A stretch of 64,000 nt of DNA from Pelagomonas calceolata (lineage: Eukaryota): NCBI GenBank assembly GCA_918797485.1, contig CAKKNE010000006.1, positions 682,001-746,000 of the forward strand, in the 5' to 3' direction. Below are positions 45,505-56,727 of the stretch, piece by piece. Every line of letters begins with the position of its first letter. Position 1 is the stretch's first letter. Under the pieces are notes generated by a model, which was not told the DNA's origin, searched no databases, and saw nothing but the letters and a program-made list of their open reading frames with translations. The position numbers and the translations under genes are program-made.

Positions 45505-46206
45505 GTGTGCGGTATACTATGCTTAGGCGGTTTCCGACTTGGGCGCGTGGACGCGGGCGGCCAGGCGTGCTGCCAGCTTTCTCTTCGCGAAGTCCAGTGT
45601 CCGTTGGCAGCCCTGTGCTTCCGGGTGGTTAGCACCGAGCACGCGCCGCAACGCCGCCTCGGTAGTAGTGAGCGTCGCTACGGCCTCGCGAACATAGACG
45701 CGGAACCCTTCACCAATTGGCGTACAACCGTAGTCAACAACAATTTTGGGACCCGGTTCCGCAAGGCTCCTGTCCTGGAAGCTACCATTGAGTTAGCAAA
45801 ACAACGCCTCGCGTACAAACTCGATCGCTACGACCGCGCGGAGCAACGCTTGCGACGGGGCCGCGTCGAGGACCTGGGACCGTCTGCGATGTACTTCGTC
45901 GGTTCCCGCGCGATGAATGATACCGTTGTGGAATCAAGGATGCCCGCGCGCGGTACTACGATCGTCGGTCGCTACGCGTTCACTCACCTGGAAGGCAACG
46001 TTATTCGATTCGCTCCACTCTACCAGCAGTACAACGGTGGTTCTACAATGAGCAGTCACTGGATGAAGCGCAGGAACGCCTCAATCTTCGAGCCGCCCCA
46101 CCGAAAGCGCCGGGGCCGGGTCTCGCAGAACTACCGGGACGAGCTGCAAAGAAGGCGGGCGAAGAAGGCCCGGCGGGCGGCGGGCGGCGAGCGGGGACGT
46201 AGCTAG
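45505..46206 (+). CDS. Hypothetical protein or gene fragment (possibly glycosyltransferase C-terminal part)
   Basis: Open frame without a clear ATG start; N...AP.L......GP pattern weakly recalls GT32-type C-termini. Confidence 0.3.
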   Translation: MCGILCLGGFRLGRVDAGGQACCQLSLREVQCPLAALCFRVVSTEHAPQRRLGSSERRYGLANIDAEPFTNWRTTVVNNNFGTRFRKAPVLEATIELAKQRLAYKLDRYDRAEQRLRRGRVEDLGPSAMYFVGSRAMNDTVVESRMPARGTTIVGRYAFTHLEGNVIRFAPLYQQYNGGSTMSSHWMKRRNASIFEPPHRKRRGRVSQNYRDELQRRRAKKARRAAGGERGRS

Positions 46207-46231
46207 TAGAACATTGTAATGTACACATATG

Positions 46232-46780
46232 TTACAAGGCGATCTTCACGCGCGGATCTTGCCGCAGCACGGCGTAGCACTGATACAGCTCGTCCGCCGA
46301 CGCGACGGGCGCCTTGATGGTTACTGAGGTATACGTCTTCTGCTTCGAGTCGTTCTTGCTGAATGCAATATCATCAACTGGCTTGTCGACGACGCCGGCG
46401 ATGTAGCGGCACATATCTGCAGCAAAAGTGTCGTCGTCGAAGCCAATCACTTTGATCGTAAATTCGCAGGGGTAGTCCACGAGTTTTTCAAATACTTTTG
46501 CGCCTGCGCGCGACGCGGGTGATCGGGACTGCGGCTCGCGCGAGCTGGCTCGGAGCGACGACGCCTCGGCGGCGACCCGACGGCGTCGACGCGACGCGTA
46601 CGCAAGAAAAGGACGCCGCTTCCCACCGTCGTTCTCCCGCTCGAAGCGCGCGATCGGATCATCTTGACTGTTGTCGAGGATGTGGCGGACGGGTGCCCGT
46701 CTTTGCTGCTGTGGTGCCAGGCGCGGCAGCAGCGCCGAGGCTGTTGACAGTAGCGCGACGAAGGCGTAGTGGTGCGGCAT
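46232..46780 (-). CDS. YbeD/DUF493-like protein, probably plastid-targeted (in-frame intron 46504-46626)
   Basis: LVDYPCEFTIKVIG...YTSVTI...ELYQCY..L..DPRVK; leader ...STASALL. Confidence 0.85.
   Translation of the reverse strand: MPHHYAFVALLSTASALLPRLAPQQQRRAPVRHILDNSQDDPIARFERENDGGKRRPFLAYASRRRRRVAAEASSLRASSREPQSRSPASRAGAKVFEKLVDYPCEFTIKVIGFDDDTFAADMCRYIAGVVDKPVDDIAFSKNDSKQKTYTSVTIKAPVASADELYQCYAVLRQDPRVKIAL
46504..46626 (-). mobile_element. Introner-like 123-bp (3n, stop-free) intron
   Basis: GTGGGAAG-CGGCGT start, CGCGTCGACGCCG core, ends GCGCGCAG; removal deletes a low-complexity Arg/Ser insert from the protein. Confidence 0.65.
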
Positions 46781-47019
46781 GAGTGCGGCTACGTGCGGCG
46801 ATGCTTCTTGTTCGCGCCGCGGCGATGGCTTCGCGGCGAAGCGAGTTCTTGCGGCACCTACGAGTTCGACGGCAGCTAGGCTAGTTCCGTGCGGCTCGTC
46901 GGCGCAGCAGTGCACGCGCGTCGATATATGCTATGCGTGAGTGTCGTAACAGCTTGTCGGCTCTATGAAATGCCACTGCACAGCGACTGCACCAGCTGCA
47001 ACGCGGCACGCAAAAATAA

Positions 47020-47041
47020 CTAGCGGCATGTAAGACACTAG
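47020..47041. promoter_or_regulatory. Recurrent promoter element
   Basis: CTAGCGGCATGTAAGACACTAG between divergent ATGs 46780 and 47241. Confidence 0.8.
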
Positions 47042-47240
47042 CACGATTCTTCGCGCTTGGTTTTAAATAAATTGCACAGCTGGTACGGCCCGCCAGACAC
47101 TCAAAAGCCTGCGGCAGGCAGCTCTTGCAGTCCTGCGACCACACACCAACGCACACTTCCCAAGTCGCCGCCGTTGGCGGGCAAACATTGCGCCAAGTCA
47201 CAGCGGCCGCCACGCAGCGCGAGCGGCGCGTAAAGCAGCC

Positions 47241-49657
47241 ATGGCCGGCTACGACGCCGTCCCCACGACCCAAGAACCAAAAGCACCGAAGCAGTCGACC
47301 CTACTAGCATGTATCTACGGCTTGGTAGCGTCGCTCATGTGCGCGCCGGTGATGATGTCCTTCGCGTCGATCATCTTCGCGGACCCGTTCTTTTCCGAAT
47401 ACTCTCCAGAGTTAGTAAAATTGGTCCTCTTCTCGTCGGCCGTCCATCAACTGTGCTACGTGAGGTGGAGCACGATGCCGTTCGCCGTCGGGCAGGTCCA
47501 GGACGCCGGCCTCATATTTCTTTCAAGTATGGCGCGGTTTGTCGTTGCTGATGGGTTGCAGCACGATGACCATGCGGCGACGACGATGGCGGCGGCGCTG
47601 TGGACCCTTGGACTAGCGACGGCGTTACTTGGTGTCATGCTCATTGTCATCGGAAGACTAAGGCTGGCTTCGTTAGCCCAGTACCTGCCGGTGCCCGTCG
47701 TCGGAGGGTATCTAGCATATATAGGCTTCTACTGCGGCCAGGCCGGGTTGGCTATGATGAGTGGCGTCGAAGTCACTTCTCTCAAGGACTGGCCGAGGCT
47801 CTTCCGCGGGAGCGGCCCGGCGAAGATGTGCGTCGGCGTCGTCGTGGCTTCTGCTATTGTATTGACGTCATCAATAGCCGAGAAGAGAAAGTGGTCCCGC
47901 GCGTCCAAATCACTGATCATGCCTTTTGTTCTATTAGCTACTTGCGTGATATTCTACGTCCTCCTATATGCGGAAGGGTCGACGCTCGCCGAATCGCGTG
48001 AACATGGCTGGGTCGGCGCCCTGCCCGCTCGGAGTGAGAAAGGAGGCAGTGGATGGAGGAACGTTCCCATCCTAAAGCCGTGGGCGCTCTACGCTCCTAG
48101 AAACACAAATGAGGTCCTGCGAGCCGTCGGACGCGTCGCTCCTCGATTAATACCGTCGTGGCTCGCCATGGTCTGCGTCGTGGCCTTTTCTTCCTCGTTG
48201 GACGTCGCCGCGGTGGAGATGGAGCTCGGCTCGCCGCTGAACTACGATTCGGAACTGCAGACGGCTGCGTGGAAATCAAAGTTTTACGGCGCGTTCGCGA
48301 CGCCTGCTCGATGGCGTGGCGATGCCGGTTCCTCGCCGCTCGACGGAGCCAGCACGGGTGCACCCGACTCACTGGTTGATTTCCACACAGGCAGACGGTT
48401 GGCCTCGGGAACCTGGCTTCTGGCTTGTTAGGAGGCTTCTCTGGTAGCTATATATTCTCGCAAACAATATTAAATGTGAGGTCCAAGGTAGCAAACCGCT
48501 GGAGCGGTGCCGTGGTGTGTCTCATGGAAGTGTTACTCGTATTATTTCCGGCGCCTCCCACTGCATATATACCTACGGGTGCGTTCGGTGGGCTACTGTT
48601 ACTGGTCGGTGCTTCATTAATAATAGAGTGGTTGATAGAAGCGAGGCATCGGTTCTCGGCACCGGAGTACCTGGTATTACTTTTTACGTTCGCCTCCATA
48701 CACGTCATCGGCCTCGAGGCGGGCTTTGCCGCCGGTTTAGCTTTCAGTGCGTTGGCCTTTGCGTGCCAATATGCTCGGGTCCATGATGAAGTGGGAGGCG
48801 TCGCTTGCAGGCGGTCGAAGAAGGCCCGCTCCGTGAGACGGAGATCTTTTGAGGAACGACGAGCGTTGCACGACCACCGCGAATCGATAGTGGCGTTAGA
48901 TGTGGTCGGCTTCGTCTTCTTCGGGGCCGCGGCGCAACTGCTCGCAAAGCTGAAAGACGAAGCGAAGGGAGCCGCTTGGGTGGTATTAAATTTCGAGGAG
49001 TGCGTGGGCTTGGACGCGACGGCGGCGCGGTCGTGCTTCGCGCCCTTCAAGCAGTACCTCGTCCAAGAGAAGTGTTCCTTGTTGGTTGCTGGTCTGCGGC
49101 CGCACGTGTCCGAACAGCTCCAATGGGATTCGTTTGTAACCACAGATCAAGCATTGGAAAGTGCCGAGGATTCACTACTAGCAAGATTTAAAGTGGTGAA
49201 GGGCTCGTTCTCCGAGTTGTCACAGGAAGACGGCTTTGATGCTATCCTAAGACCCTACGTCGACGGCATGCAGGTCGACGCCAAAGCTCTAACAAAATAT
49301 GTGGAAGCTACGTCCATCAAAGCGGGCGAGCACTTGTTTAGACAAGGAGACGCCGCGGACCGCGTCTACTTCGTGCGGGCCGGAACTGTGGATCTCCGGT
49401 TGGATCAAAGACGCATCGCGCGCGTCGCGCGCGGCGCGGTTTTAGGCGAATTGTGCTTCCTGCTGAAGAGGAGGCAATCGTTGGACGCGACGGCCCACAC
49501 GCACTGCGCGCTGTGGTGCCTGTCGCGCGATCGTTTATCAGCGATGAAGCGGGAACGGCCCGACCTGTTCAACGTGCTCCAGACGGCACTCCTAAAATCC
49601 ATGGCGCTGCAGGTCGAGGAGAGCCTCGGGAGCGGTATTTGGTCCGCGTCTAGCTAG
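47241..49657 (+). CDS. SulP/SLC26 anion transporter with STAS and cyclic-nucleotide-binding domains, 2 exons (intron 48257-48390)
   Basis: GQVQDAGLIFL, YLPVPVVGGYL, spliced ELQTVGLGNLASGLLGGFSGSYIFSQT, STAS GFVFFG...GLDATA, cNMP LFRQGD...LGE. Confidence 0.93.
48257..48398. mobile_element. Introner element (GC-AG intron 48257-48390, plus strand)
   Basis: TIRs CTGCGTGGAAATCAA (48265-48279) / TTGATTTCCACACAG (48376-48390); perfect 8-bp TSD GCAGACGG (48257-48264, 48391-48398). Confidence 0.95.
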
Positions 49658-49914
49658 TTGTTGTACATATAAGTATCTGTTCATAGTAGTACTAAATATT
49701 ACCGTCGTCCGTCGAGGTTCTAGATGTGCGTGAACTCCCGCGGCGATGGCGTCACATTGGCGTGCCACACAGCGCATACGCCATCGACGCGACGCGTCGT
49801 GAATGGGGGCGAGAGTAGTCGCAACATTCTTACGCGCGCCCGCGCGCGGCGCGCGCCCGCCGCCGTAGTAGTTGTAGTGAGACTAAATACGAACAGGACG
49901 GTCTTACGCGACCC

Positions 49915-51158
49915 CTACTTCTTCTTCTTCCCCTTCTTGCCCTTGCCCCCCTTGCCCGCGTCCAACCTCCCCAACGTGTTGAACAATTGGTCGGGCAGCG
50001 AGTGGTCCACCTGCAGCATTTGTATCTTGCCCGGCGGGCCTTTTGAACCTTCCAATTCCCCTCCATTAAAGGCCGCGAGCATGGTGTTCGCGCCCTTCTC
50101 GCCGATGCGGTTGTGGAGCAGGTCGACTTGTGATAGTAAACTCGTCTCGCGCTGCATCACGCCCGCGAGCTGCTCCAAAGCTTCGAGGTCCTCGTCGGTG
50201 GCGGCGATGGCGTTGTCCGCGAGCGACAGATATTCGAGTTTGTTATTATTGTCCATTCCCGAGAGGATGCCCGACCTGCGTGGAAATCAAATTTTCACGG
50301 CGCGGGATCGTCGCGTCGACCTCCACGCCATCTTCATGATATCTGCTCGATGGCGTGGCGATGCCGGTTCCGCACTCACCGCTCGATCGAGCCAGGACGG
50401 CCGCGTATCGCCGAGAAATGACTTAGTGCACCCGACGCACCGGTTGATTTCCACACCGTTCCCGACAGCCCGCCGCCCCGCATCTTGTTGCCCTGCAAGT
50501 GGAGCTTCTGCAGCGTCGTCTTGGCGTAAGATAGCACCTCGCCCAGCGGCGCCCCCGCGTCCTCGTCCAAACCACAATAACAAAGGTGCAGTTGTTTTAA
50601 GGACGCGTTCGTCCGCAACCCTTGACAGAGCGCCTTACAACCATCACTACCCAGCGACGAGTTGTAGTCCAGTTTTAACGTAAGCAGCGACCGGTTCTGG
50701 CCGCACATCAAGGACTGGCCCAACGCATGCGCTCCTCGGTACCCCACACCACAATCCAGCATTTCAAGGTAGGCCATGGGCAGCTCCGCGCCGCCCAGCC
50801 TGAGTATTTCAGCTAAGCAAGCGGCCCCGTCGTCGCCGCAGTCCATGCGCCAAAATCTAAAGTTCTTGGCCATCTTGAACACGGCCCCGGACATGCCCGG
50901 CGCGTTGCCCATCAACGCCGTGCAGAGCGCCCTCGTCCCGTGGGGGCCCAGGACCGGTTCGCCATCTATTACAAGTTGTTCATTTTTCATCATGATTTCT
51001 AATTGCTCCTCATCTCCGCCTAGTTGTGCCAATACTTTGGGATGCGGCGTTAATGCGGCGAGCTTGCAGTACTTCTTGTAATTATCAACAACAGCTTCCG
51101 GGTTCATGGACGGGTCGTCGGGGTCGATGGCCGAGCCGCCCTTCTTTTTGGGCGGCAT
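49915..51158 (-). CDS. RNI-like leucine-rich-repeat protein with basic termini, 2 exons (intron 50276-50466)
   Basis: LLTLKLDYN, LKQLHLCYC, LQKLHLQGN, LEYLSLADN repeats; splice gives GGL|SGILSGMDNN. Confidence 0.85.
50268..50466. mobile_element. Introner element (GT-AG intron 50276-50466, minus strand)
   Basis: TIRs CTGCGTGGAAATCAA (50276-50290) / TTGATTTCCACACCG (50444-50458); TSD TGCCCGAC / TTCCCGAC; internal blocks shared with 48265-48390 (CTGCTCGATGGCGTGGCGATGCCGGTTCC, GTGCACCCGAC). Confidence 0.93.
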
Positions 51159-51632
51159 GGTGAGCTAGCTACCAGTGTTGCTTGCTTGCTTGGTGCTTGC
51201 CTGGGGCAGCCTCGCGGTCGGCTGCTCGCGGGCGCCGACGGATGGTTGGCTCACTGTTCTGGGCGCTCGTACGCGATCCTGCGCTCGGGCAGCGGTGCGC
51301 TTTCGTGCGCGCTTTTACAGGCGTTGTCTCGGCTGCCCCCGACCGACAAGCAGGCGCGGCACTAGGGGCCCACCACCGCTACTGCTCCCCGGGGAGCCCC
51401 TCGGCGCCGGACCGGCTCGCGCGGAGGAGTGCCAATCCGGGCTTTCGACTCGGGGGAGAGCCTGCAGCGGCGCTGGCCTCTCCCTGGCAAAACGCGTGGG
51501 CAGCCACCAAGGGTGCACGACCGACGAGCGCAGGTATCGTGCTCTCGATAAGCCGCACGCGCGGCATCGATTTGACACCCTCGACGCCGTCGCGCCCAGC
51601 CACAACTCCTTGCGGGCAGCCTCACAGACAGC

Positions 51633-52835
51633 ATGGGCAACCGCCGCCGACCGCAGGGGGACACGCGCCGCCGCGCGCACGGCTGCACGCACCGCACGCA
51701 CGGCGTCGACTTCGAAACCCGCGACGCCGTGTCGATGCGCCGTCGGGGCCAGCCCAACGACGCCGGCGTCGCGTGGGTCGTAGCCACACCAGGACCCAAG
51801 CGCTTCTCCACGTCGCGCGGTCCTAAGCAAAGCCCGATCCGCCAGCAGCACCAACAGTTGAAAGTTCCGATGCCTTCTGACGTCCGAGCACTGATCGAGC
51901 GGAAACACACGACCATAACAGCGGTCCGGGGCGACCCGCGGCGGATCGGCCGCGTGCTCGGCACGCCGGTGCCGACGGAGCGCCCCGCGACGGCGCCGGC
52001 GGGCCGGCGCCCCTACGAGGCACCAAGGTCGAGGCCGCAGTCGGCGCGGCCCTGGACGACGCGAGGCGGCCGCGCGCTCATCGACGGCAAGCACACGACT
52101 GTGACTGCCGTGCGATACCAACCTCGGTACAAACCGCCCCCCATCTACTGTAGAGGAAGGGAAGTTACTAGAGACGATGCTACGTATCATACGGCCAAGG
52201 AAAGGTTGAACCGCAGCTACTCGCGGCCGCAGACGGCGCCCGTGCGGCGGCGTAATGGTGGCGTCGATCACGTGAGAACGCACGCCCAGTCGCCCCTCTT
52301 CGACATTCCTAATACGAAACGGCCGCGCCCGCGTCAAAAGTTGACGAAGGAGGAGCGGCGTTTTATGCTGGCGAACGGCTGGCCCGCGGCCGGCCCGAAG
52401 GACGCCGCGGTGACGCACTGGGGCGGCGACCACGCGAGTCGTGTCTTACCGTTTGCCGCGGGCTGCGGCTTCGAGGCGTACCCCGACGACGACGCGTCGT
52501 GGGAGTCGGAAACGGTCTTGGAGCGGCGCAGCCGCCTCAACGCCGCGCGCCAGACGCGCCTGAGCGACTTATGCGCTGCTATCACGCCGGATAAGGACGA
52601 CTCCCTCGAAGCAAGGCAAAGGCGCCTGTTCCAGATCGACGTAAAATCGCGTCCGAGGAGCGCGCCCCCCAAGAAGGACTACACGATCTACGGCCCCGCG
52701 CTGCTCGACGTCTCTGACCGCCGAACCGGTGGCTCCTCGCCACAAGCCCCGACCCTTCCCCAGGAACACACATTGGAATATCCTCTGCGAGTGGATCTGC
52801 CTCCTCCAGACGATAGAATTTCGGTTATTATTTAA
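51633..52835 (+). CDS. Hypothetical basic protein
   Basis: 400-aa ORF with RPQSA/RPQTA/RPRSA motifs and a duplicated ALI..KHTT.TAVR segment; start uncertain. Confidence 0.55.
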   Translation: MGNRRRPQGDTRRRAHGCTHRTHGVDFETRDAVSMRRRGQPNDAGVAWVVATPGPKRFSTSRGPKQSPIRQQHQQLKVPMPSDVRALIERKHTTITAVRGDPRRIGRVLGTPVPTERPATAPAGRRPYEAPRSRPQSARPWTTRGGRALIDGKHTTVTAVRYQPRYKPPPIYCRGREVTRDDATYHTAKERLNRSYSRPQTAPVRRRNGGVDHVRTHAQSPLFDIPNTKRPRPRQKLTKEERRFMLANGWPAAGPKDAAVTHWGGDHASRVLPFAAGCGFEAYPDDDASWESETVLERRSRLNAARQTRLSDLCAAITPDKDDSLEARQRRLFQIDVKSRPRSAPPKKDYTIYGPALLDVSDRRTGGSSPQAPTLPQEHTLEYPLRVDLPPPDDRISVII

Positions 52836-52844
52836 TATTACTCT

Positions 52845-53942
52845 CTAGCCCGAGGACGACGAGTCGTCGCGGTCGCAGACCGGCCGCAGCATCGCGAAGA
52901 ACAGTTTGGCCGGCTGCGTCGTGCTGCGGTTCATCAACCTATAGGTATTGTTCGGCGGCACGTAGAACTGGTCGCCTGGACTGAATTGGAAGCGCAAAGC
53001 TTCTGACTCGTGCGGGTCGGTCACCATGGCATCTTCTGAAGGAAATAGTGTCAATTCAACAGCTAAGTTTTGGGACGTCGACACGAAGAAGAGCATCGTG
53101 AGACTACCCGTGCTTTCCGACCCTTTCACACCTCCCATGGGCAGCTCCATCACGCCGGACGCCCAGCCGGGGTAGACGTCGTCTCTGGCAGCATCCTCGG
53201 CGGTAGCGATGGCCTGGCAGGCCATGACGGCTGGCTCGTCGCCTTCCGTCGGGAGGGCCGAGAAGCGGTGTTCACTAAACCTTGCCGCGAACTTCGTGGT
53301 CTGCGCGTGTTGCGAGCCCTCGTTCCACAACCGGGCTTCCGTGCCCTGCGCGTCCGACTCGTAGTCCGACGGTTGCAACGGGGTGTCGTCGACGATGATT
53401 CCACCTATTTTCTTCGTGAGGTGTCTCGGTCTCTTTTTCGGTCTTGGGGTAGGTGCCCCCAATTGTACTGCCGCTACTTTCTGGAGCCCCGTCTGGGAAT
53501 CGGGCTCGTAAATCACGCGCTCGCCCTTCCACCACTTCATGACTGGGAACCTGGCGCGTCGTGAGCGTCGGAGACCCTCCGCCGACGGATCCGGCTGCGG
53601 CGGCTCGTACGGCCGCCTACGACTGTCCGGCGTCCTCGCCTGCCTCGCGATCACTTCCTCGCCGTCGGAATCATTCATAGGAGACTGGGGGAGGTCGTCG
53701 TCGTCGTCGTCGCCGAACGCAGGTGGTGAGTCGAGGGCTTCGAGAGCATCCACACTTCCAGCGAAGGACACGGACGACCGCCTCCGCTCCGGTTCTTGCC
53801 TCGCGACATCTTGCCCGTCGTTGTCCCAGGCCGGCTGCGCGGCCGCGGCCCAGAACGCGTCTATCGAGTCGTAGGCGCCGTCCTGCGCGAGGTCCTCCGT
53901 GTCGACTACCACTCCGGTGCGGCGGCCGACGAGCTTGACCAT
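52845..53942 (-). CDS. CENPC: Centromere protein C (CENP-C/Mif2)
   Basis: CENP-C motif GLRRSRRARFPVMKWWKGERVIY; C-terminal cupin GDQFYVPPNNTYRLMN...AKLFF. Confidence 0.88.
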   Translation of the reverse strand: MVKLVGRRTGVVVDTEDLAQDGAYDSIDAFWAAAAQPAWDNDGQDVARQEPERRRSSVSFAGSVDALEALDSPPAFGDDDDDDLPQSPMNDSDGEEVIARQARTPDSRRRPYEPPQPDPSAEGLRRSRRARFPVMKWWKGERVIYEPDSQTGLQKVAAVQLGAPTPRPKKRPRHLTKKIGGIIVDDTPLQPSDYESDAQGTEARLWNEGSQHAQTTKFAARFSEHRFSALPTEGDEPAVMACQAIATAEDAARDDVYPGWASGVMELPMGGVKGSESTGSLTMLFFVSTSQNLAVELTLFPSEDAMVTDPHESEALRFQFSPGDQFYVPPNNTYRLMNRSTTQPAKLFFAMLRPVCDRDDSSSSG

Positions 53943-54372
53943 TGTTGTATGCTTCGTTCACCGTCTTGGATCCGCGCGCGCTCGTCAAGGCTATTTAAAC
54001 AGCTTGGCGCACCGCTCGATGTTTGAACCACTGGACGCGCGGCGGCTGGCAGCACTGCGCGACGTTGGTCGTATGTGATGCGTGCGAAGTTCTAACAGTT
54101 TATTTGATTGATTTATGCAGCAGCGCGGCTGTAACCCACTGGCGCGCCTTGAGCTTGTTTGGTTCATAGCGTAGTAAACATACTAGGATTTCCACAGGAG
54201 CCCTATCGCGCTCTTTCAGTCGCTGTGCTAGTAGGACACTCGCAGGAACACGCTTGTAGAAGGCCAGAGCTGTTGCAAGCCGCCGGAGCTTTGCCCGCTC
54301 ACTTTGACACACGCGCGCGGGTTTTGTCCGCCGGACTCTGGACGCGCTCCACGCCTCCGACGCGAGCGTAAG

Positions 54373-54839
54373 CCCTCAAGCTAGGGCCCGGGTAAAGCCG
54401 GGTAATTATTTCTCGCCCGATTTTGAGGCATACTCCATGAGTCCTAATTAAGCTAAATTACCCTGCGAATCCTAATACTGCGTGGAGACTTCGAATTTTA
54501 TAGGGGGGAGCGCAATTAGTCGACGTTGATTTTGATTTTGGCGCAATGCGCGTTTAGCCACGCGCCGGCCGAATGGCGGGAAATTTTTGCTGAGGCGCAG
54601 GTTCCGTATGCTAAAATAATGGGCTGTGCGCAATCTGGTACCATGCGGGCAGCCTCGCGCAGAGCAAGCAGCTGCGACGCGGTGCGACCATTGCGATAAA
54701 ACCCGAACCCCAAGCCAAAAATCGCCCCTGAGACGTATAAATTGAACCACAATTACGGAAAAATTATTTCCTAACGTTCCATAGGTATATAGGGCTCTAA
54801 GGGAATTTCCGGCTTTTGGCTAGGCCGACCCTCAAGCTA
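54373..54839. mobile_element. Putative non-autonomous Mutator-like element (MITE)
   Basis: 11-bp direct repeat CCCTCAAGCTA (54373-54383, 54829-54839) around an AT-richer 445-bp segment with imperfect inverted ends (GGCC...AAAGCCGG...AATT). Confidence 0.65.
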
Positions 54840-54850
54840 CAAATACAACC

Positions 54851-55489
54851 TTAGCCCCCGAGCCCCGGCCGCTCGGCGACGTTTGAGAGAGACAACCGCA
54901 TGCGCTCCAAGTTCATTTCATGCGCAGAAGGACCGAGCCACTCCATGGGCCTGTTCGCGCCCTTGATGCGGGCCACCTCCCGCTCATAGGCCTTTGTCTC
55001 CCGCTCCGACCGATTGATCGAATCTGGAGCATGCTTCCAACCGAGACACGTGACGCGTCTGACATCAATACCGTTCCGCGCGAGCACCTCCCTTAACATG
55101 AATCGATGTTTTTGCGAGACGCCGCCGGCTTGCCGTATCTTCTCGAAGACGGGTTCTGGAGGGTTCGAAACCCGAAAAACTTCGTGCGAGCCATCGGCAT
55201 GTTCACATAATAACCGCCAATCCCCGTCATGGGGGACGGTCTCCTCCACAGGCTTACGGGGTCGCTTCGGCGAGGTGCGATTCGCGTGCACGGGGGCCTT
55301 TCTGGGTCTATGACCTTGTAAACCGTTGTTGACCACATGAGACAAAGGGTGCTTGCCCGCGAGATCAAAATCGAAGGATTCCGCGCCTCTGGACGTGCGG
55401 AAGACGCTCCCTACACCGCCGCTCCCTACAAAGCCGCCCCCTCGAATGCCTCGGCTTAATGGCCCTTGCGAATCTTGCCGGCTGCCCAT
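54851..55489 (-). CDS. Hypothetical protein
   Basis: ORF from MGSRQD; promoter-motif-like CTAGTGTGTCGAAACACTAG at 55594-55613 upstream. Confidence 0.5.
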   Translation of the reverse strand: MGSRQDSQGPLSRGIRGGGFVGSGGVGSVFRTSRGAESFDFDLAGKHPLSHVVNNGLQGHRPRKAPVHANRTSPKRPRKPVEETVPHDGDWRLLCEHADGSHEVFRVSNPPEPVFEKIRQAGGVSQKHRFMLREVLARNGIDVRRVTCLGWKHAPDSINRSERETKAYEREVARIKGANRPMEWLGPSAHEMNLERMRLSLSNVAERPGLGG

Positions 55490-55818
55490 CTTCGTGGACG
55501 ACGCTGCCGGTGGTCGTTTCTTGCGCGCTCTCACGAGACCGGCGCTAGTCCCTAGTCCTAGAGCACCTTGGCAAGCTCGGCGCTGTAGATTGGCTAGTGT
55601 GTCGAAACACTAGCAAATCTCGCCTTTACGCGATGTACTTAGTAGCGACTACTATGGACACATGCTTATGGACAGACTTGGACTCGGAGAAAACGGGAGG
55701 GAAGGCGCGGCGCGTATGGACAGGGAAGACGCGCGGACGTCGTCGTCGAGGGACCGAGGCGGGGGGGGAGATCGAGAACTTGTCGGGGAACTTTTGGCAC
55801 CCAGGGGGCTTCCGGACA

Positions 55819-56727
55819 TCAGTAGGTGTAGTCGTTGCCGTCGTACATCGTCGTGCCGTATTCGTCGTCAGGAGAGGGCCCCCCACAGGAACATATTTCG
55901 CAGCATATGGCGCCGCAGCTCTTCCACTCGTCGCGCTCGCTGTATTCGCGAAAGCCCTTGCGAGCGAAATCGAGTCTGCGCCGCGGATAGGCCGCGCTGC
56001 GCCGCGGATAGGCCGCGCTGCTGGGCTGCGCGAGGGCGCGCAAGGGCCCGGCGTGCTCGTCACAGGGGACCCCGTTGACAAACAGGAGCGCGTCGCCCTC
56101 CGCGACGACGCCGCGCAGCGCCGACGTCGGGTCGACTCGCCCCACGACGAAGCCCGGCTCGTAGCCTTTGACAGCATGCGGGAGGCGCCGCGCGTCGTTC
56201 TCGAAGGCGAGCCCGAGCTTCCCGGGCGGCGCGTAAACCGCGTAGTAGTCCTCGGGGCGGCGGCCCGACGCGCGGTAGAAGACGAGCGTCCGATCCGTCG
56301 CCCCGTCGTCCTGGGCCGCGAGGACGCCGAGCACGTCGTCGCCGACGACGCAGTCGTTGACCGAGACCAGCTCGTCGCCTGGGTAGACGGTGTAAGCAAG
56401 GGCCGACGTATAGGGGGGGAGAAAGCGGAAAACGACGCGCGTCGAGTCCTTGAACTCCAGGCCGAGCGGGCCCGGCGGCGCGCGGCAGTAAAAGTGGTCG
56501 CAATGGAGCTGCCGCGGCGCCTCTTCCGCTGGTTCTGGCGGCGCCGGGGCCTCCGTTTTCCCGTCCCGCTCCATTTCCGGCTCCGGCTCCGGCGCCCGCC
56601 AGGAGGCCAGCCGCGACAGCATGGACGGGCGCTCCTCCGCCGGCTCCGGCGCCGCCTCGCTCTCCGGCGCCGCCTCGCTCTCCCACGCCTCCTCAGCCGC
56701 GATGCGGCTCACGCCCGGGCTCTCCAT
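55819..56727 (-). CDS. Protein with two PDZ-like domains and a Cys-rich tail
   Basis: APPGPLGLEF...PGDELVSVND and APPGKLGLAF...EGDALLFVNG; tail CGAICCEICSC. Confidence 0.7.
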   Translation of the reverse strand: MESPGVSRIAAEEAWESEAAPESEAAPEPAEERPSMLSRLASWRAPEPEPEMERDGKTEAPAPPEPAEEAPRQLHCDHFYCRAPPGPLGLEFKDSTRVVFRFLPPYTSALAYTVYPGDELVSVNDCVVGDDVLGVLAAQDDGATDRTLVFYRASGRRPEDYYAVYAPPGKLGLAFENDARRLPHAVKGYEPGFVVGRVDPTSALRGVVAEGDALLFVNGVPCDEHAGPLRALAQPSSAAYPRRSAAYPRRRLDFARKGFREYSERDEWKSCGAICCEICSCGGPSPDDEYGTTMYDGNDYTY

